A stretch of DNA of 64,000 nucleotides from the NCBI GenBank assembly GCA_902630925.1, contig CACOWO010000003.1, positions 6,811 through 70,810 of the forward strand. Reading direction: 5' to 3'. Below, in pieces: positions 11,103-20,757 of this stretch. Each line of letters begins with the position of its first letter. Within the stretch, counting starts at the first letter, position 1. A model generated the notes under the pieces. That model was not told the DNA's origin. It saw nothing but the letters and a program-made list of their open reading frames with translations, and searched no databases. The translations under genes and the position numbers were made by a program. This DNA is from an uncultured Pelagibacteraceae bacterium (GTDB lineage Bacteria; Pseudomonadota; Alphaproteobacteria; Pelagibacterales; Pelagibacteraceae).

Positions 11103-11690
11103 ATGTTTAATGGAATTATATATAATACTGGCAAGATAAAATATTTAAAAAAGGGTATAAATAGCACTTATATTGGCATCAAAACAAATATTAATTTCAC
11201 AAAAAAAGATATCGGATCATCAGTATGTTGCGATGGCGTATGCTTAACCGTAACCAAGATGTTTAAAAATATTATTTATTTTTACATCTCAAATGAAACC
11301 TTAAAAAGATCAAATTTTAGATTATTAAAGATTAACCAAATAATTAACTTAGAAAAATCATTACTTTACGGCCAAGATATATCCGGTCACTTCTCTCAAG
11401 GTCACGTTGATACTACGGCAAAAATTATTAAAGTAAATTTTATTGATAAAACATGGTTAATTAAATTAAAAATTAAAGACAATAAATTAAATAAATTTTT
11501 AGCTGAAAAAGCATCTATATCTATTAATGGAGTATCACTTACTATTTCAAAAGTTTATCAAAGCTTTTTTGAAATAAGCGTTATTCCCCATACTTTAAAA
11601 CTTACAAACTTAAAGTATTTAAAACGAAATAGTTTAGTTAATGTAGAATTAGATATATTAAGTAAATATATATATAAATATTCCAATTAA
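11103..11690 (+). CDS. ribE: Riboflavin synthase (alpha chain)
   Basis: MFNGII, DGVCLTV, GHFSQGHVD, NGVSLTI, IPHTL. Confidence 0.94.
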   Translation: MFNGIIYNTGKIKYLKKGINSTYIGIKTNINFTKKDIGSSVCCDGVCLTVTKMFKNIIYFYISNETLKRSNFRLLKINQIINLEKSLLYGQDISGHFSQGHVDTTAKIIKVNFIDKTWLIKLKIKDNKLNKFLAEKASISINGVSLTISKVYQSFFEISVIPHTLKLTNLKYLKRNSLVNVELDILSKYIYKYSN

Positions 11691-12746
11691 ATGGCTAAAA
11701 ATAAATTTTCAAAAATATCTTCGATTATACGAGATGCTAAAAAAGGTAAAATGTTTATTTTGGTTGATGATAAAAATAGAGAAAACGAAGGTGATTTGAT
11801 TATACCTGGCTCTAAGTGTAATTCTAAAAGTATAAATTTTATGGCTAAACATGGAAGAGGTTTAATCTGTCTGGCATTAACTAAAAAACAAGTTGATAAC
11901 TTAAAATTACCATTGATGTCTTCCGTAAATAGATCGAGGATGCAAACAGCTTTTACAATTTCGATAGAAGCGAAAAAAGGAATTACAACCGGCATCTCTG
12001 CTCAAGATAGAGCAAAAACTATTAAAACTGCTATTAATCCAAAAGTTAAAAAAAACGATATAATTTCTCCAGGACATGTATTTCCTCTAGTGGCAAGAAA
12101 TGGTGGTGTTTTAGAGAGAGCGGGTCATACTGAGGCATCGGTGGATATTTCTAAATTATCTAAATTAAATCCTAGTTCAGTAATTTGTGAAGTTATGAAT
12201 GAGGATGGAAGGATGGCAAGGTTAAATGATCTTTTCAAATTTTCAAAAAAACATAAAATCAAATTAGCTTCAATAGAAGATCTAATTTCTTATCGATTAA
12301 AATATGAAAAATTAGTAAAAAGACAATCGTTTAGAACATCAATCATTAAAAATAATGGTAAAATTAATATTTACAACTATAAAAATAAATTAGAAAAAAA
12401 TACTAATTATGTAATAACAAAAGGTAAGTTTAATCAAAAAAAATCTATTCCGGTTAGAGTACTCTCAACTAAAATCAAATATAAGAATATTTTAAACAAT
12501 ATAAAGATTAAAAAATCATTGAAATTTCTGATGAAGTATAAAAATTTTTTATTTCTAATCATTAATAATCAAGATACTAATTATAAAGATAACAGTATAA
12601 GCACATTAAGGTATTATGGAATTGGTGCGCAGATAATTAAAGACCTAAACGTAAAAAATATGATATTAATTTCTAGAAGTAGAAAAAAAATTATTGGTCT
12701 CGAAGGTTTTGGACTAAAAATAAAAAAACAATTAATCATAAAATGA
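11691..12746 (+). CDS. ribB: 3,4-dihydroxy-2-butanone 4-phosphate synthase with a degenerate GTP cyclohydrolase II-like C-terminal domain
   Basis: RENEGD, TTGISA, PGHVFPL, GHTEA; C-terminus keeps YGIGAQI but lacks the GCH-II Cys/His motifs. Confidence 0.92.
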   Translation: MAKNKFSKISSIIRDAKKGKMFILVDDKNRENEGDLIIPGSKCNSKSINFMAKHGRGLICLALTKKQVDNLKLPLMSSVNRSRMQTAFTISIEAKKGITTGISAQDRAKTIKTAINPKVKKNDIISPGHVFPLVARNGGVLERAGHTEASVDISKLSKLNPSSVICEVMNEDGRMARLNDLFKFSKKHKIKLASIEDLISYRLKYEKLVKRQSFRTSIIKNNGKINIYNYKNKLEKNTNYVITKGKFNQKKSIPVRVLSTKIKYKNILNNIKIKKSLKFLMKYKNFLFLIINNQDTNYKDNSISTLRYYGIGAQIIKDLNVKNMILISRSRKKIIGLEGFGLKIKKQLIIK

Positions 12747-13168
12747 AAAAAATTTTAATTATAAATTCTAATTATTATAAAAACATTTCTAAAAATTTAG
12801 TTTTAGGGGCAAAAAAAATATTATACAAAACTAATTTCAAGTTAAGTATTTTAGATGTTCCAGGTATTTATGAAATACCTATTGCAATTAGAAAAAATAT
12901 TAAAAAGTTTGATGGTTTTATTGCATTAGGTTGTGTTATAAAAGGACAAACTCCTCATTTTGATTTAATTTGTTTATCAACATTTAATACGATATTAAAT
13001 ATATCAATCCAGTTTAATAAACCTATTTCTAACGGTATCATAACAGCTTATAATTTTAGTCAAGCCGTAAGTAGGAGCAGACTACTTAAAAGTAAAAAAC
13101 CCAATAAAGGATCTGAAGCAGCTAGTGCAATGATTTCAATTCTAAAAAATGGAAACAAACAAATCTAA
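12743..13168 (+). CDS. ribH: 6,7-dimethyl-8-ribityllumazine synthase
   Basis: VPGIYEIP, ALGCVIKGQTPHFD, NKGSEAA. Confidence 0.94.
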   Translation: MKKILIINSNYYKNISKNLVLGAKKILYKTNFKLSILDVPGIYEIPIAIRKNIKKFDGFIALGCVIKGQTPHFDLICLSTFNTILNISIQFNKPISNGIITAYNFSQAVSRSRLLKSKKPNKGSEAASAMISILKNGNKQI

Positions 13169-13550
13169 AAACTCCTCACCTAGAATAAAAGTAATTCAAA
13201 AACTATATAATTCATTGATGAATCCAGATGCTCAAATAGAATATCCAAAAAGTCAGTATAAAAAATTTATTAAAGATATCGTAAAAGGCACTCTTGAAAG
13301 ATCAGATTTAATTGAGGAAAAAATAAATATTTTTCTTACAAAGGATATTAATTTAACAAAAACTGATAAATTACTTAAAATCATACTATTTGCAGCTATT
13401 TTTGAATTAATGTTTAAACATGGAACACCTAAAAAAGTCATTATTAATGAATATTTGCTAGCATCAGAACATTTTTTAGAGAAAATCCAAACAGGTTATT
13501 TAAACGCAATACTAGACAAAATAGCCAAAGAACTTAGAAAAGATGAATAA
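13149..13550 (+). CDS. nusB: Transcription antitermination factor NusB
   Basis: PKKVIINEY...YLNAILD; follows ribH. Confidence 0.9.
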   Translation: METNKSKNSSPRIKVIQKLYNSLMNPDAQIEYPKSQYKKFIKDIVKGTLERSDLIEEKINIFLTKDINLTKTDKLLKIILFAAIFELMFKHGTPKKVIINEYLLASEHFLEKIQTGYLNAILDKIAKELRKDE

Positions 13551-13617
13551 AAATGTTATTAGGTATAAGTTTAGCTTGCGTTTTTAATATTAATTTGGCA
13601 TTTATGCCCTTTAAATC

Positions 13618-15723
13618 ATGACAAACTATTTAGAATTACTTTATTTAATTTCTTTCATAGGAATTCTAGCCGTAGCTTACAGCTATCTTCTTTCTGGTCA
13701 AATTATTTCATCAAGCGCCGGCAATTCAAGAATGCAAGAAATTGCAGAGGCAATTCAAATTGGTGCGAAGGCTTATCTCAATAGACAATATAAAACTATA
13801 GCCATAGTTGGAATATTAGTTCTAGCAATAGTAACTTATTTTTTTAATTATTTGGTAGGCATTGGATATTTTATTGGCGCATTTTTATCAGGAGTTGCGG
13901 GTTACGTAGGAATGCTTATTTCAGTTAAAGCAAACGTGCGAACAGCTGAAGCAGCTCGTCAAAGTTTGCAATCAGGCCTAACAATAGCTTTTAAGTCTGG
14001 AGCGATAACAGGTTTATTAGTTGCAGGTTTAGCATTATTATCGATTACTTTTTATTACATAGTTTTAATTAATCTAAATGTAGATAACAGAGAGATTATA
14101 AACGCTTTGGTGGCCCTAGGTTTTGGTGCTTCGTTAATCTCAATTTTTGCTAGACTGGGAGGTGGAATATTTACAAAAGGAGCTGATGTTGGAGCAGATT
14201 TAGTTGGGAAAGTAGAGGCGGGCATACCGGAAGACGATCCAAGAAACCCTGCGGTAATAGCAGATAATGTTGGTGATAACGTTGGAGATTGTGCAGGTAT
14301 GGCCGCAGATTTATTTGAAACTTACGCAGTTACTATTGTTGCAACGATGGTGTTGGCATCAATTTTTTCTCCGCAAGATTTTAATTTAATGATTTATCCA
14401 TTAGCTATAGGAGGTGCTTGCATCATTACGTCTATAATAGGAACCTGGTTTGTAAAATTAGGTAAAAGTAAGAATATTATGGGTGCTTTGTACAAAGGTT
14501 TTATCGTTACTGCAATAACATCTTTAATAATCTTGTACCCGGTTACTAATTCCATAGTGGGGATTAATAGCACCTATAATAATAACGCTGGTGCAATTTT
14601 TACAGGCTTTGATTTATATGTTTGTGGTGTTGTAGGTTTTGTGATCACTGGATTATTAATTTGGGTTACAGAGTATTATACTGGAACAAATTATAGACCA
14701 GTAAAAACTGTTGCAAGATCGTCAACAACCGGACATGGAACTAATGTTATTCAAGGATTAGCTATTTCGATGGAAGCAACAGCTATCCCAGCTCTAATAA
14801 TTGTAGCGGGTATTTTATACACAAATAGTCTTGCAGGATTATTTGGTATTGCAATAGCGGTCACATCTATGCTGGCACTCACTGGTATGGTAGTAGCACT
14901 AGACGCTTATGGTCCGGTTACTGATAATGCTGGTGGTATTGCAGAAATGTCTAAACTTCCCAAAAACGTCAGAAAAACCACAGATGCCTTGGATGCAGTA
15001 GGAAACACCACCAAAGCTGTAACAAAAGGTTACGCTATAGGCTCTGCAGGGTTGGGGGCTTTAGTTTTATTTGCAGCATACACTGAAGATATTAAATATT
15101 TTTCAACAGTAAAGGGTTCAGTATTAGAAGGTGTAAATGTAACTTTTGATCTATCAAATCCATTTGTTGTAGCAGGTTTATTGATTGGAGGCATGCTTCC
15201 GTATTTATTCGGTTCAATGGGTATGCAAGCTGTTGGAAGAGCAGGTGGTGCCGTCGTAATAGAAGTTAGAAGACAATTTAAAAAGATACCTGGTATTATG
15301 AAAGGTAAAAGAAAACCTGATTATGGTAGATTAGTAGATTTACTTACAAAAGCGGCAATAAAAGAAATGATTATTCCTTCACTTTTACCAGTTTTATCTC
15401 CAATTATTCTTTATTTTGTAATTTTACAAATTGCCGGGGTTGAATCTGCATTATCATCTTTGGGAGCTATGTTATTGGGAGTAATCATAACCGGTTTATT
15501 TGTTGCAGTATCAATGACAGCTGGTGGTGGAGCTTGGGATAATGCAAAAAAATATATTGAAGATGGTAATTTTGGTGGCAAAGGATCTGAGGCACATAAA
15601 TCTGCAGTAACTGGCGATACGGTCGGTGATCCTTATAAGGATACAGCTGGACCTGCTGTTAATCCTATGATCAAAATAACCAATATTGTTGCTTTATTAT
15701 TGTTGGCTGTTATTGCCCATTAA
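13618..15723 (+). CDS. hppA: Membrane-bound H+-translocating pyrophosphatase (K+-independent signature)
   Basis: [40 protein letters not shown]; many TM helices. Confidence 0.96.
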   Translation: MTNYLELLYLISFIGILAVAYSYLLSGQIISSSAGNSRMQEIAEAIQIGAKAYLNRQYKTIAIVGILVLAIVTYFFNYLVGIGYFIGAFLSGVAGYVGMLISVKANVRTAEAARQSLQSGLTIAFKSGAITGLLVAGLALLSITFYYIVLINLNVDNREIINALVALGFGASLISIFARLGGGIFTKGADVGADLVGKVEAGIPEDDPRNPAVIADNVGDNVGDCAGMAADLFETYAVTIVATMVLASIFSPQDFNLMIYPLAIGGACIITSIIGTWFVKLGKSKNIMGALYKGFIVTAITSLIILYPVTNSIVGINSTYNNNAGAIFTGFDLYVCGVVGFVITGLLIWVTEYYTGTNYRPVKTVARSSTTGHGTNVIQGLAISMEATAIPALIIVAGILYTNSLAGLFGIAIAVTSMLALTGMVVALDAYGPVTDNAGGIAEMSKLPKNVRKTTDALDAVGNTTKAVTKGYAIGSAGLGALVLFAAYTEDIKYFSTVKGSVLEGVNVTFDLSNPFVVAGLLIGGMLPYLFGSMGMQAVGRAGGAVVIEVRRQFKKIPGIMKGKRKPDYGRLVDLLTKAAIKEMIIPSLLPVLSPIILYFVILQIAGVESALSSLGAMLLGVIITGLFVAVSMTAGGGAWDNAKKYIEDGNFGGKGSEAHKSAVTGDTVGDPYKDTAGPAVNPMIKITNIVALLLLAVIAH

Positions 15724-15724
15724 A

Positions 15725-16192
15725 TTATCTATTGCTCTTGTTAGAATACATCTTAGATTTAATACTACTTAGAAAAGATTGAACAAAACTATCTTTTGAT
15801 AAATTATTTTCAGTTTTTTTATCAGAAAAGGTCATCTTATTTATATCATTTTTATCATAAAATTGTTTACGTTTTAAAATTCCATATTTATCAAATTTAA
15901 GTACTAGAACATTATTTGATTTAATAACATTTTGGCCTAATTTATGAAAATCTCCCTTAGTAAGAACTCTTTCAATATATATCCACTGGTTGTTATCATT
16001 GATTGATTTAGTGTGAGGGATTCCTAAAAGCCCGATAACATCGTTTTTATTTTGTTTATTAATTGCTAATTGATTTGCTCTATTTTCCAAATATAAAATA
16101 CCATGTTTGTTAGTTGGCTCTTGTAATTGACATCCAACTAAAATAAAAAAAATGATATAAAAAATAATATTATTTTTAATAAAAATATACAT
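15725..16192 (-). CDS. bamE: Outer membrane assembly lipoprotein BamE (SmpA/OmlA family)
   Basis: Lipobox LVGC, NKNDVIGLLGIP, WIYI, LKFDKYGIL; start set at the ATG giving a normal-length signal peptide. Confidence 0.8.
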   Translation of the reverse strand: MYIFIKNNIIFYIIFFILVGCQLQEPTNKHGILYLENRANQLAINKQNKNDVIGLLGIPHTKSINDNNQWIYIERVLTKGDFHKLGQNVIKSNNVLVLKFDKYGILKRKQFYDKNDINKMTFSDKKTENNLSKDSFVQSFLSSIKSKMYSNKSNR

Positions 16193-16670
16193 GAGCAATA
16201 ATCTATATAATATATTATTAACTTTATCTAGAAACAAATTTTTTTACGAAAAAATTAAACTTCCAGATACATTTGAGACGCGTATTTATTTAATGTTTAT
16301 TCATTTTTCTTTATTGATGATAATATCAAAAAAAAAGGGTAAAAAATTTGATCAAAAAATATATGATCTATTTTTTCATAATATTGAATATAATCTTAGA
16401 GAATTAGGATTTGGAGATGTATCAGTAAATAAAAAAATGAAAGACCTAAATAAGCTGCTTTACGATATACTTTTAAAAATTGAAGAAAAGACCAAAAAAA
16501 ATTCTTTTAATATTAATAAATCATTAATAATAAAATATTTTAAAATGTTAGATGATGCAAAAGGCGATTATTATAGGTATTTTTCTTCTTATTTTACCAA
16601 ATTCTTTAATTTTTGCTTTGAACTACCTTTAGAAAATATGATAAGAGACTCTATAAATTTTAGGTATTAA
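16191..16670 (+). CDS. Ubiquinol-cytochrome c chaperone (Cbp3-like) family protein
   Basis: PDTFETR, LRELGFGDVSVNKKMK; divergent from bamE as in alphaproteobacteria. Confidence 0.85.
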   Translation: MSNNLYNILLTLSRNKFFYEKIKLPDTFETRIYLMFIHFSLLMIISKKKGKKFDQKIYDLFFHNIEYNLRELGFGDVSVNKKMKDLNKLLYDILLKIEEKTKKNSFNINKSLIIKYFKMLDDAKGDYYRYFSSYFTKFFNFCFELPLENMIRDSINFRY

Positions 16671-16672
16671 TT

Positions 16673-16846
16673 ATGGCTGTTCCAAAAAGAAAAACATCTG
16701 TTTCAAAAAAAAGAATGAGAAGATCTCATCATAGACTTACTTCTGTAAATGTTATTGAAGATAAAAAAAGCGGTGAATATAAGCTCTCTCATCATATAGA
16801 CCTAAAATCAGGATATTACAACGGTAAGAAAATTCTGGATATCTAA
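16673..16846 (+). CDS. rpmF: 50S ribosomal protein L32 (Cys-free type)
   Basis: Hand translation MAVPKRKTSVSKKRMRRSHH...HHIDLKSGYYNGKKILDI, 57 aa (below the ORF-track cutoff), upstream of plsX. Confidence 0.96.
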   Translation: MAVPKRKTSVSKKRMRRSHHRLTSVNVIEDKKSGEYKLSHHIDLKSGYYNGKKILDI

Positions 16847-16852
16847 ATCCTT

Positions 16853-17893
16853 ATGTCAAAAAAAATTTCTATTGCAATAGATGCAATGGGCGGCGATAAT
16901 TCTCCTGAAAAGACAATTGCTGGAATAAAAATATTTCTAGATAAATATAAAACCAAAGATGATTTTATTTTGAATATTTTTGGGAAAGAAAAAGAGATTA
17001 AAAATATTGTTAATAAATATAAAATCTCATCTAATCAAATAAACATTATAAATTCTAATCATGTAGTGTCCGATGAAGAAAAACCACTTACTGCAGTCAA
17101 GAATTCTAAAAATACAAGTATGTGGGATTGTATTCAACATCAACTTGATGGAAAATCGGATATAAGTTTGTCTGCAGGTAATACTGGTGTTTTACTTGTA
17201 ATTTCTAGAATGATCTTAAAAATGATTAATGACGTTAACAAACCGGCGCTTGCTGGTCTTTGGCCTAACGAGAATGGGATGAACGTTGTTCTAGACTTAG
17301 GTGCGAATATTGAGTGCAGTGATCAAAATTTAGTAGATTTTGCAGAATTAGGTTCAGCATTATTTAAATCTTTATTCCCAAATGAAAAACCTAAAGTTTC
17401 TTTACTGAATGTAGGATCAGAGGAAATGAAAGGCACTGAAATGTTAAAAATTGCTTCTCAAAGATTAAGAAATTTATCTAATCAAGATAATTTTATTTAT
17501 CAGGGTTATATCGAAGGAAATAATATTATGAACGGTGTATCTAACGTCATAGTCACAGATGGATTTACTGGAAATGTTGCATTAAAAACAGCAGAGGGAA
17601 CAGCAAAATTCATTACAAATAATTTAAAAAAATCTCTTACTGAAAATATAATCTCAAAAATTTCGTTAATTTTTTCCTATTTTTCTTTAAAAAAATTTAA
17701 AGATAAATTAGATCCAAGAAAGTATAATGGAGCAATTTTTCTAGGCTTAAATGGACCAGTTGTAAAAAGTCATGGTGGAATTGACTCTATTGGTTTTTAT
17801 CATTCGATAGATCTATGTTATAAAATAATAAAAGGCGATTTAATGAGTCAAATAAGAAAAAATTTAAACCATTCAAAAAGTGTTAAGGAATAA
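16853..17893 (+). CDS. plsX: Phosphate acyltransferase PlsX
   Basis: IDAMGGD, SAGNTG, LDLGAN, DGFTGNVALKTAEG, VKSHG. Confidence 0.97.
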   Translation: MSKKISIAIDAMGGDNSPEKTIAGIKIFLDKYKTKDDFILNIFGKEKEIKNIVNKYKISSNQINIINSNHVVSDEEKPLTAVKNSKNTSMWDCIQHQLDGKSDISLSAGNTGVLLVISRMILKMINDVNKPALAGLWPNENGMNVVLDLGANIECSDQNLVDFAELGSALFKSLFPNEKPKVSLLNVGSEEMKGTEMLKIASQRLRNLSNQDNFIYQGYIEGNNIMNGVSNVIVTDGFTGNVALKTAEGTAKFITNNLKKSLTENIISKISLIFSYFSLKKFKDKLDPRKYNGAIFLGLNGPVVKSHGGIDSIGFYHSIDLCYKIIKGDLMSQIRKNLNHSKSVKE

Positions 17894-18170
17894 TTTTAGA
17901 AAAATTGATTTAATAAATAATCTTAGTGAGGAAATAGGTTTTTCCTCTAATTATTCAAAAAAAATAATAAATGATTTAATTGAAATAATAATTCAGAACA
18001 TTAAAAAAGGGGACCTTATTTTAAAAAATTTAGGAACTTTTAAAATAAGGAAAAAAAAAGAGAGAATAGGCAGAAATCCCAAAACCAAAGAAAAATTTAT
18101 TATTTTTGAGAGAAATTCAGTTGTTTTTATTCCCTCAAAAAAGATATTAGATATGTTAAATAAAAATTAA
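17880..18170 (+). CDS. ihfA: Integration host factor alpha / HU-family DNA-binding protein
   Basis: LGTFKIRKKKERIGRNPKT...VFIPS; plsX-ihfA-merR synteny. Confidence 0.8.
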   Translation: MLRNNFRKIDLINNLSEEIGFSSNYSKKIINDLIEIIIQNIKKGDLILKNLGTFKIRKKKERIGRNPKTKEKFIIFERNSVVFIPSKKILDMLNKN

Positions 18171-18550
18171 TGAGCAAATTAATAAATATTTCAGAATTGT
18201 CAAAAATGTTAAATTTAATAAATCCTAAAACAAAAAAACCAACAAATCATGTTTTAAGATATTGGGAAAAAGAATTCAAAGAAATTAAACCAAAAAAAAT
18301 TAATAATAGAAGATATTATTCATCTGAACAAATAGAAAAGATTAAATTAATAAAATTTTTACTTAAAAACAAAGGTATGAGTATTATGGGGGCAAAAAAA
18401 ATGTTATACTTAAATAGAAATAAACTTGACGATTATCAGTCTGATAGTTTAAAAGCTGAATATTATAAAGAAAAAATAAAATTAAAAAGTAAATTACTTC
18501 TTAGTAAGATTAATAAAATAAAAAAAAATGGCAAAAAAAACACATCTTAA
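18170..18550 (+). CDS. MerR-family HTH protein
   Basis: ISELS...HVLRYWEKEF...RRYY; conserved position after ihfA. Confidence 0.88.
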   Translation: MSKLINISELSKMLNLINPKTKKPTNHVLRYWEKEFKEIKPKKINNRRYYSSEQIEKIKLIKFLLKNKGMSIMGAKKMLYLNRNKLDDYQSDSLKAEYYKEKIKLKSKLLLSKINKIKKNGKKNTS

Positions 18551-18719
18551 AGTCAGAATGGTTCCTGAAAGCAACCCTGATAGCAAATTTATTTACTATG
18601 CAAAAAAACCTACAAAGGGTGAAAAGGCAAAAGAAAAATTAAAGTTAAAAAAATATAATCCTAATACACGTAAACACGAATACTTCGTTGAAAAAAAATT
18701 ACCACCGCATAGTAAGTAA
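18528..18719 (+). CDS. rpmG: 50S ribosomal protein L33 (Cys-free type)
   Basis: KLKLKKYNPNTRKHEYFVEKK. Confidence 0.9.
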   Translation: MAKKTHLKVRMVPESNPDSKFIYYAKKPTKGEKAKEKLKLKKYNPNTRKHEYFVEKKLPPHSK

Positions 18720-19001
18720 TTATTTTTTTTTAAAATTTCTGTATTCATAGTCAATAAAGGCCTTAATCATAGCTTTCCATACTTTGTTAGTTATTTTAGG
18801 GTCTATTCTCTTTTTTTTTGATTTTTTAGATATATTTTTTAAGATTATTGAAATTCTTTTCTTATCAACAATATCTTTTTTAAATTTTTTATTTTTTATA
18901 ACAATATCAACTAAGTGTGATCTCTTTTTAATGATATCCAGTAAACTATTATCTAGTTTATCTAATTTTTTTCTTATATTAAGTATGCTTTTATTTACCA
19001 T
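18720..19001 (-). CDS. Chorismate mutase type II (AroQ-like)
   Basis: IRKKLDKLDNSLLDIIKKR helical motif, DKKRI, 93 aa. Confidence 0.8.
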   Translation of the reverse strand: MVNKSILNIRKKLDKLDNSLLDIIKKRSHLVDIVIKNKKFKKDIVDKKRISIILKNISKKSKKKRIDPKITNKVWKAMIKAFIDYEYRNFKKK

Positions 19002-19054
19002 AGCGACAAAATTTAAATTTAAGATTTATAAATAAAATATATATATTATAAAAA

Positions 19055-20080
19055 ATGTACGTAGACGAGAAAAAAATTAATAAGCTATTTCTTTATTGGC
19101 TGATCATTTCATTAATACTTGTTTTTATGATTATTATCGTAGGTGGATTGACGAGATTAACTAATTCAGGACTTTCGATAACAGAGTGGGAACTATTTAC
19201 AGGATTACTACCACCATTAAATGAGAGCTCTTGGCAATTCTATTTTGATCAATATAAAGAAATCCCGCAATACAAGTTATTAAATTTTAATATGAGTTTA
19301 AATGAATTTAAAATTATATTTTATTGGGAATATTTTCATAGAATACTAGCAAGAATAATTGGTTTATTTTTTCTGGTGCCTCTAATTTACTTTCATTACT
19401 CAAAAAAAATTGACATTAGCCATATGAAAAAATGTTATTTAATATTTTCTTTAATAATTTTACAAGGTTTTATTGGATGGTATATGGTTAAAAGTGGATT
19501 AGTAAACAATATATCTGTAAGTCATTATAGATTAGCAATGCATTTATTTACAGCTTTATTGATTATTTCAATTATCTTTTGGCTTATCAAAAATTTATTT
19601 TCAAAAACTAAGAAAATTTTTTTCGATTTTTCAAATAATAACTTACCTTTCTTGAGTTTAATTTTTTTACTTTTTGCCCAAATAATAATTGGTGCGTTTG
19701 TATCTGGGTTGGATGCAGGCAAAATTTATCAAACTTGGCCATTAATGGGAAATTCTTATTTTCCTAATGATTTAAACGTAAAAAATTTTGAAAATATTTT
19801 TGAGTTTGATAATCATTCATTAGTACAATTTTATCATCGAAATTTAGCGTATATAATAACTATTTATATTATAATTTTAGGTATATATATCTATAAAAGG
19901 GAAATGACACATCTCTTCTTACCTTTAAAAATTTTTTTATTTTTCTTAGTTTTACAAGGATTATTGGGAATTTTAACTCTTATAAGTGGTTTGAATATTT
20001 ATTTGGCTTCAGTACACCAAATTACTAGTGTGGTTTTGATATTAAGCGCTCTAAATCTATATTTTTTCAAAGTTAAATAA
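19055..20080 (+). CDS. ctaA: Heme A synthase (COX15/CtaA)
   Basis: VGGLTRLTNSGLSITEW, EYFHR, GWYMVKSG, VSHYRLAMH, QFYHR, SVHQ. Confidence 0.95.
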   Translation: MYVDEKKINKLFLYWLIISLILVFMIIIVGGLTRLTNSGLSITEWELFTGLLPPLNESSWQFYFDQYKEIPQYKLLNFNMSLNEFKIIFYWEYFHRILARIIGLFFLVPLIYFHYSKKIDISHMKKCYLIFSLIILQGFIGWYMVKSGLVNNISVSHYRLAMHLFTALLIISIIFWLIKNLFSKTKKIFFDFSNNNLPFLSLIFLLFAQIIIGAFVSGLDAGKIYQTWPLMGNSYFPNDLNVKNFENIFEFDNHSLVQFYHRNLAYIITIYIIILGIYIYKREMTHLFLPLKIFLFFLVLQGLLGILTLISGLNIYLASVHQITSVVLILSALNLYFFKVK

Positions 20081-20416
<336 letters not shown>

Positions 20417-20463
20417 ATATAATTTGCTTGTTAATCTAAAGTTTTTAATATAATTGTTTTTTA

Positions 20464-20748
20464 ATGAGTGGACAGGGAATAGCACAGTTTATACCATTAA
20501 TATTAATTTTTATAATTTTTTATTTTTTTTTAATAAGACCTCAACAAAAAAGAGTCAAAGATCATAAAGCTATGGTGGAGTCTTTAAAAAGAGGTGACGA
20601 AGTAATAACATCCGGTGGTATCATAGGCATTGTTGATCGAGTAATGGAAGATGACCGTATAGAGGTGACAATTGGTGAAAATACAAAAGTTCAAATAATT
20701 CGATCTACAATAACAAGTTTACTTAAAAAAGAAGAAGTTAAAAAATAA
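20464..20748 (+). CDS. yajC: Preprotein translocase subunit YajC
   Basis: FYFFLIRPQQKR, GDEVITSGGI. Confidence 0.97.
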   Translation: MSGQGIAQFIPLILIFIIFYFFLIRPQQKRVKDHKAMVESLKRGDEVITSGGIIGIVDRVMEDDRIEVTIGENTKVQIIRSTITSLLKKEEVKK

Positions 20749-20757
20749 CTCTTTTTC

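Noticed and set aside
9579-11103. FMN riboswitch for the rib genes
   Set aside because: No intergenic space and no RFN consensus; the genes overlap.
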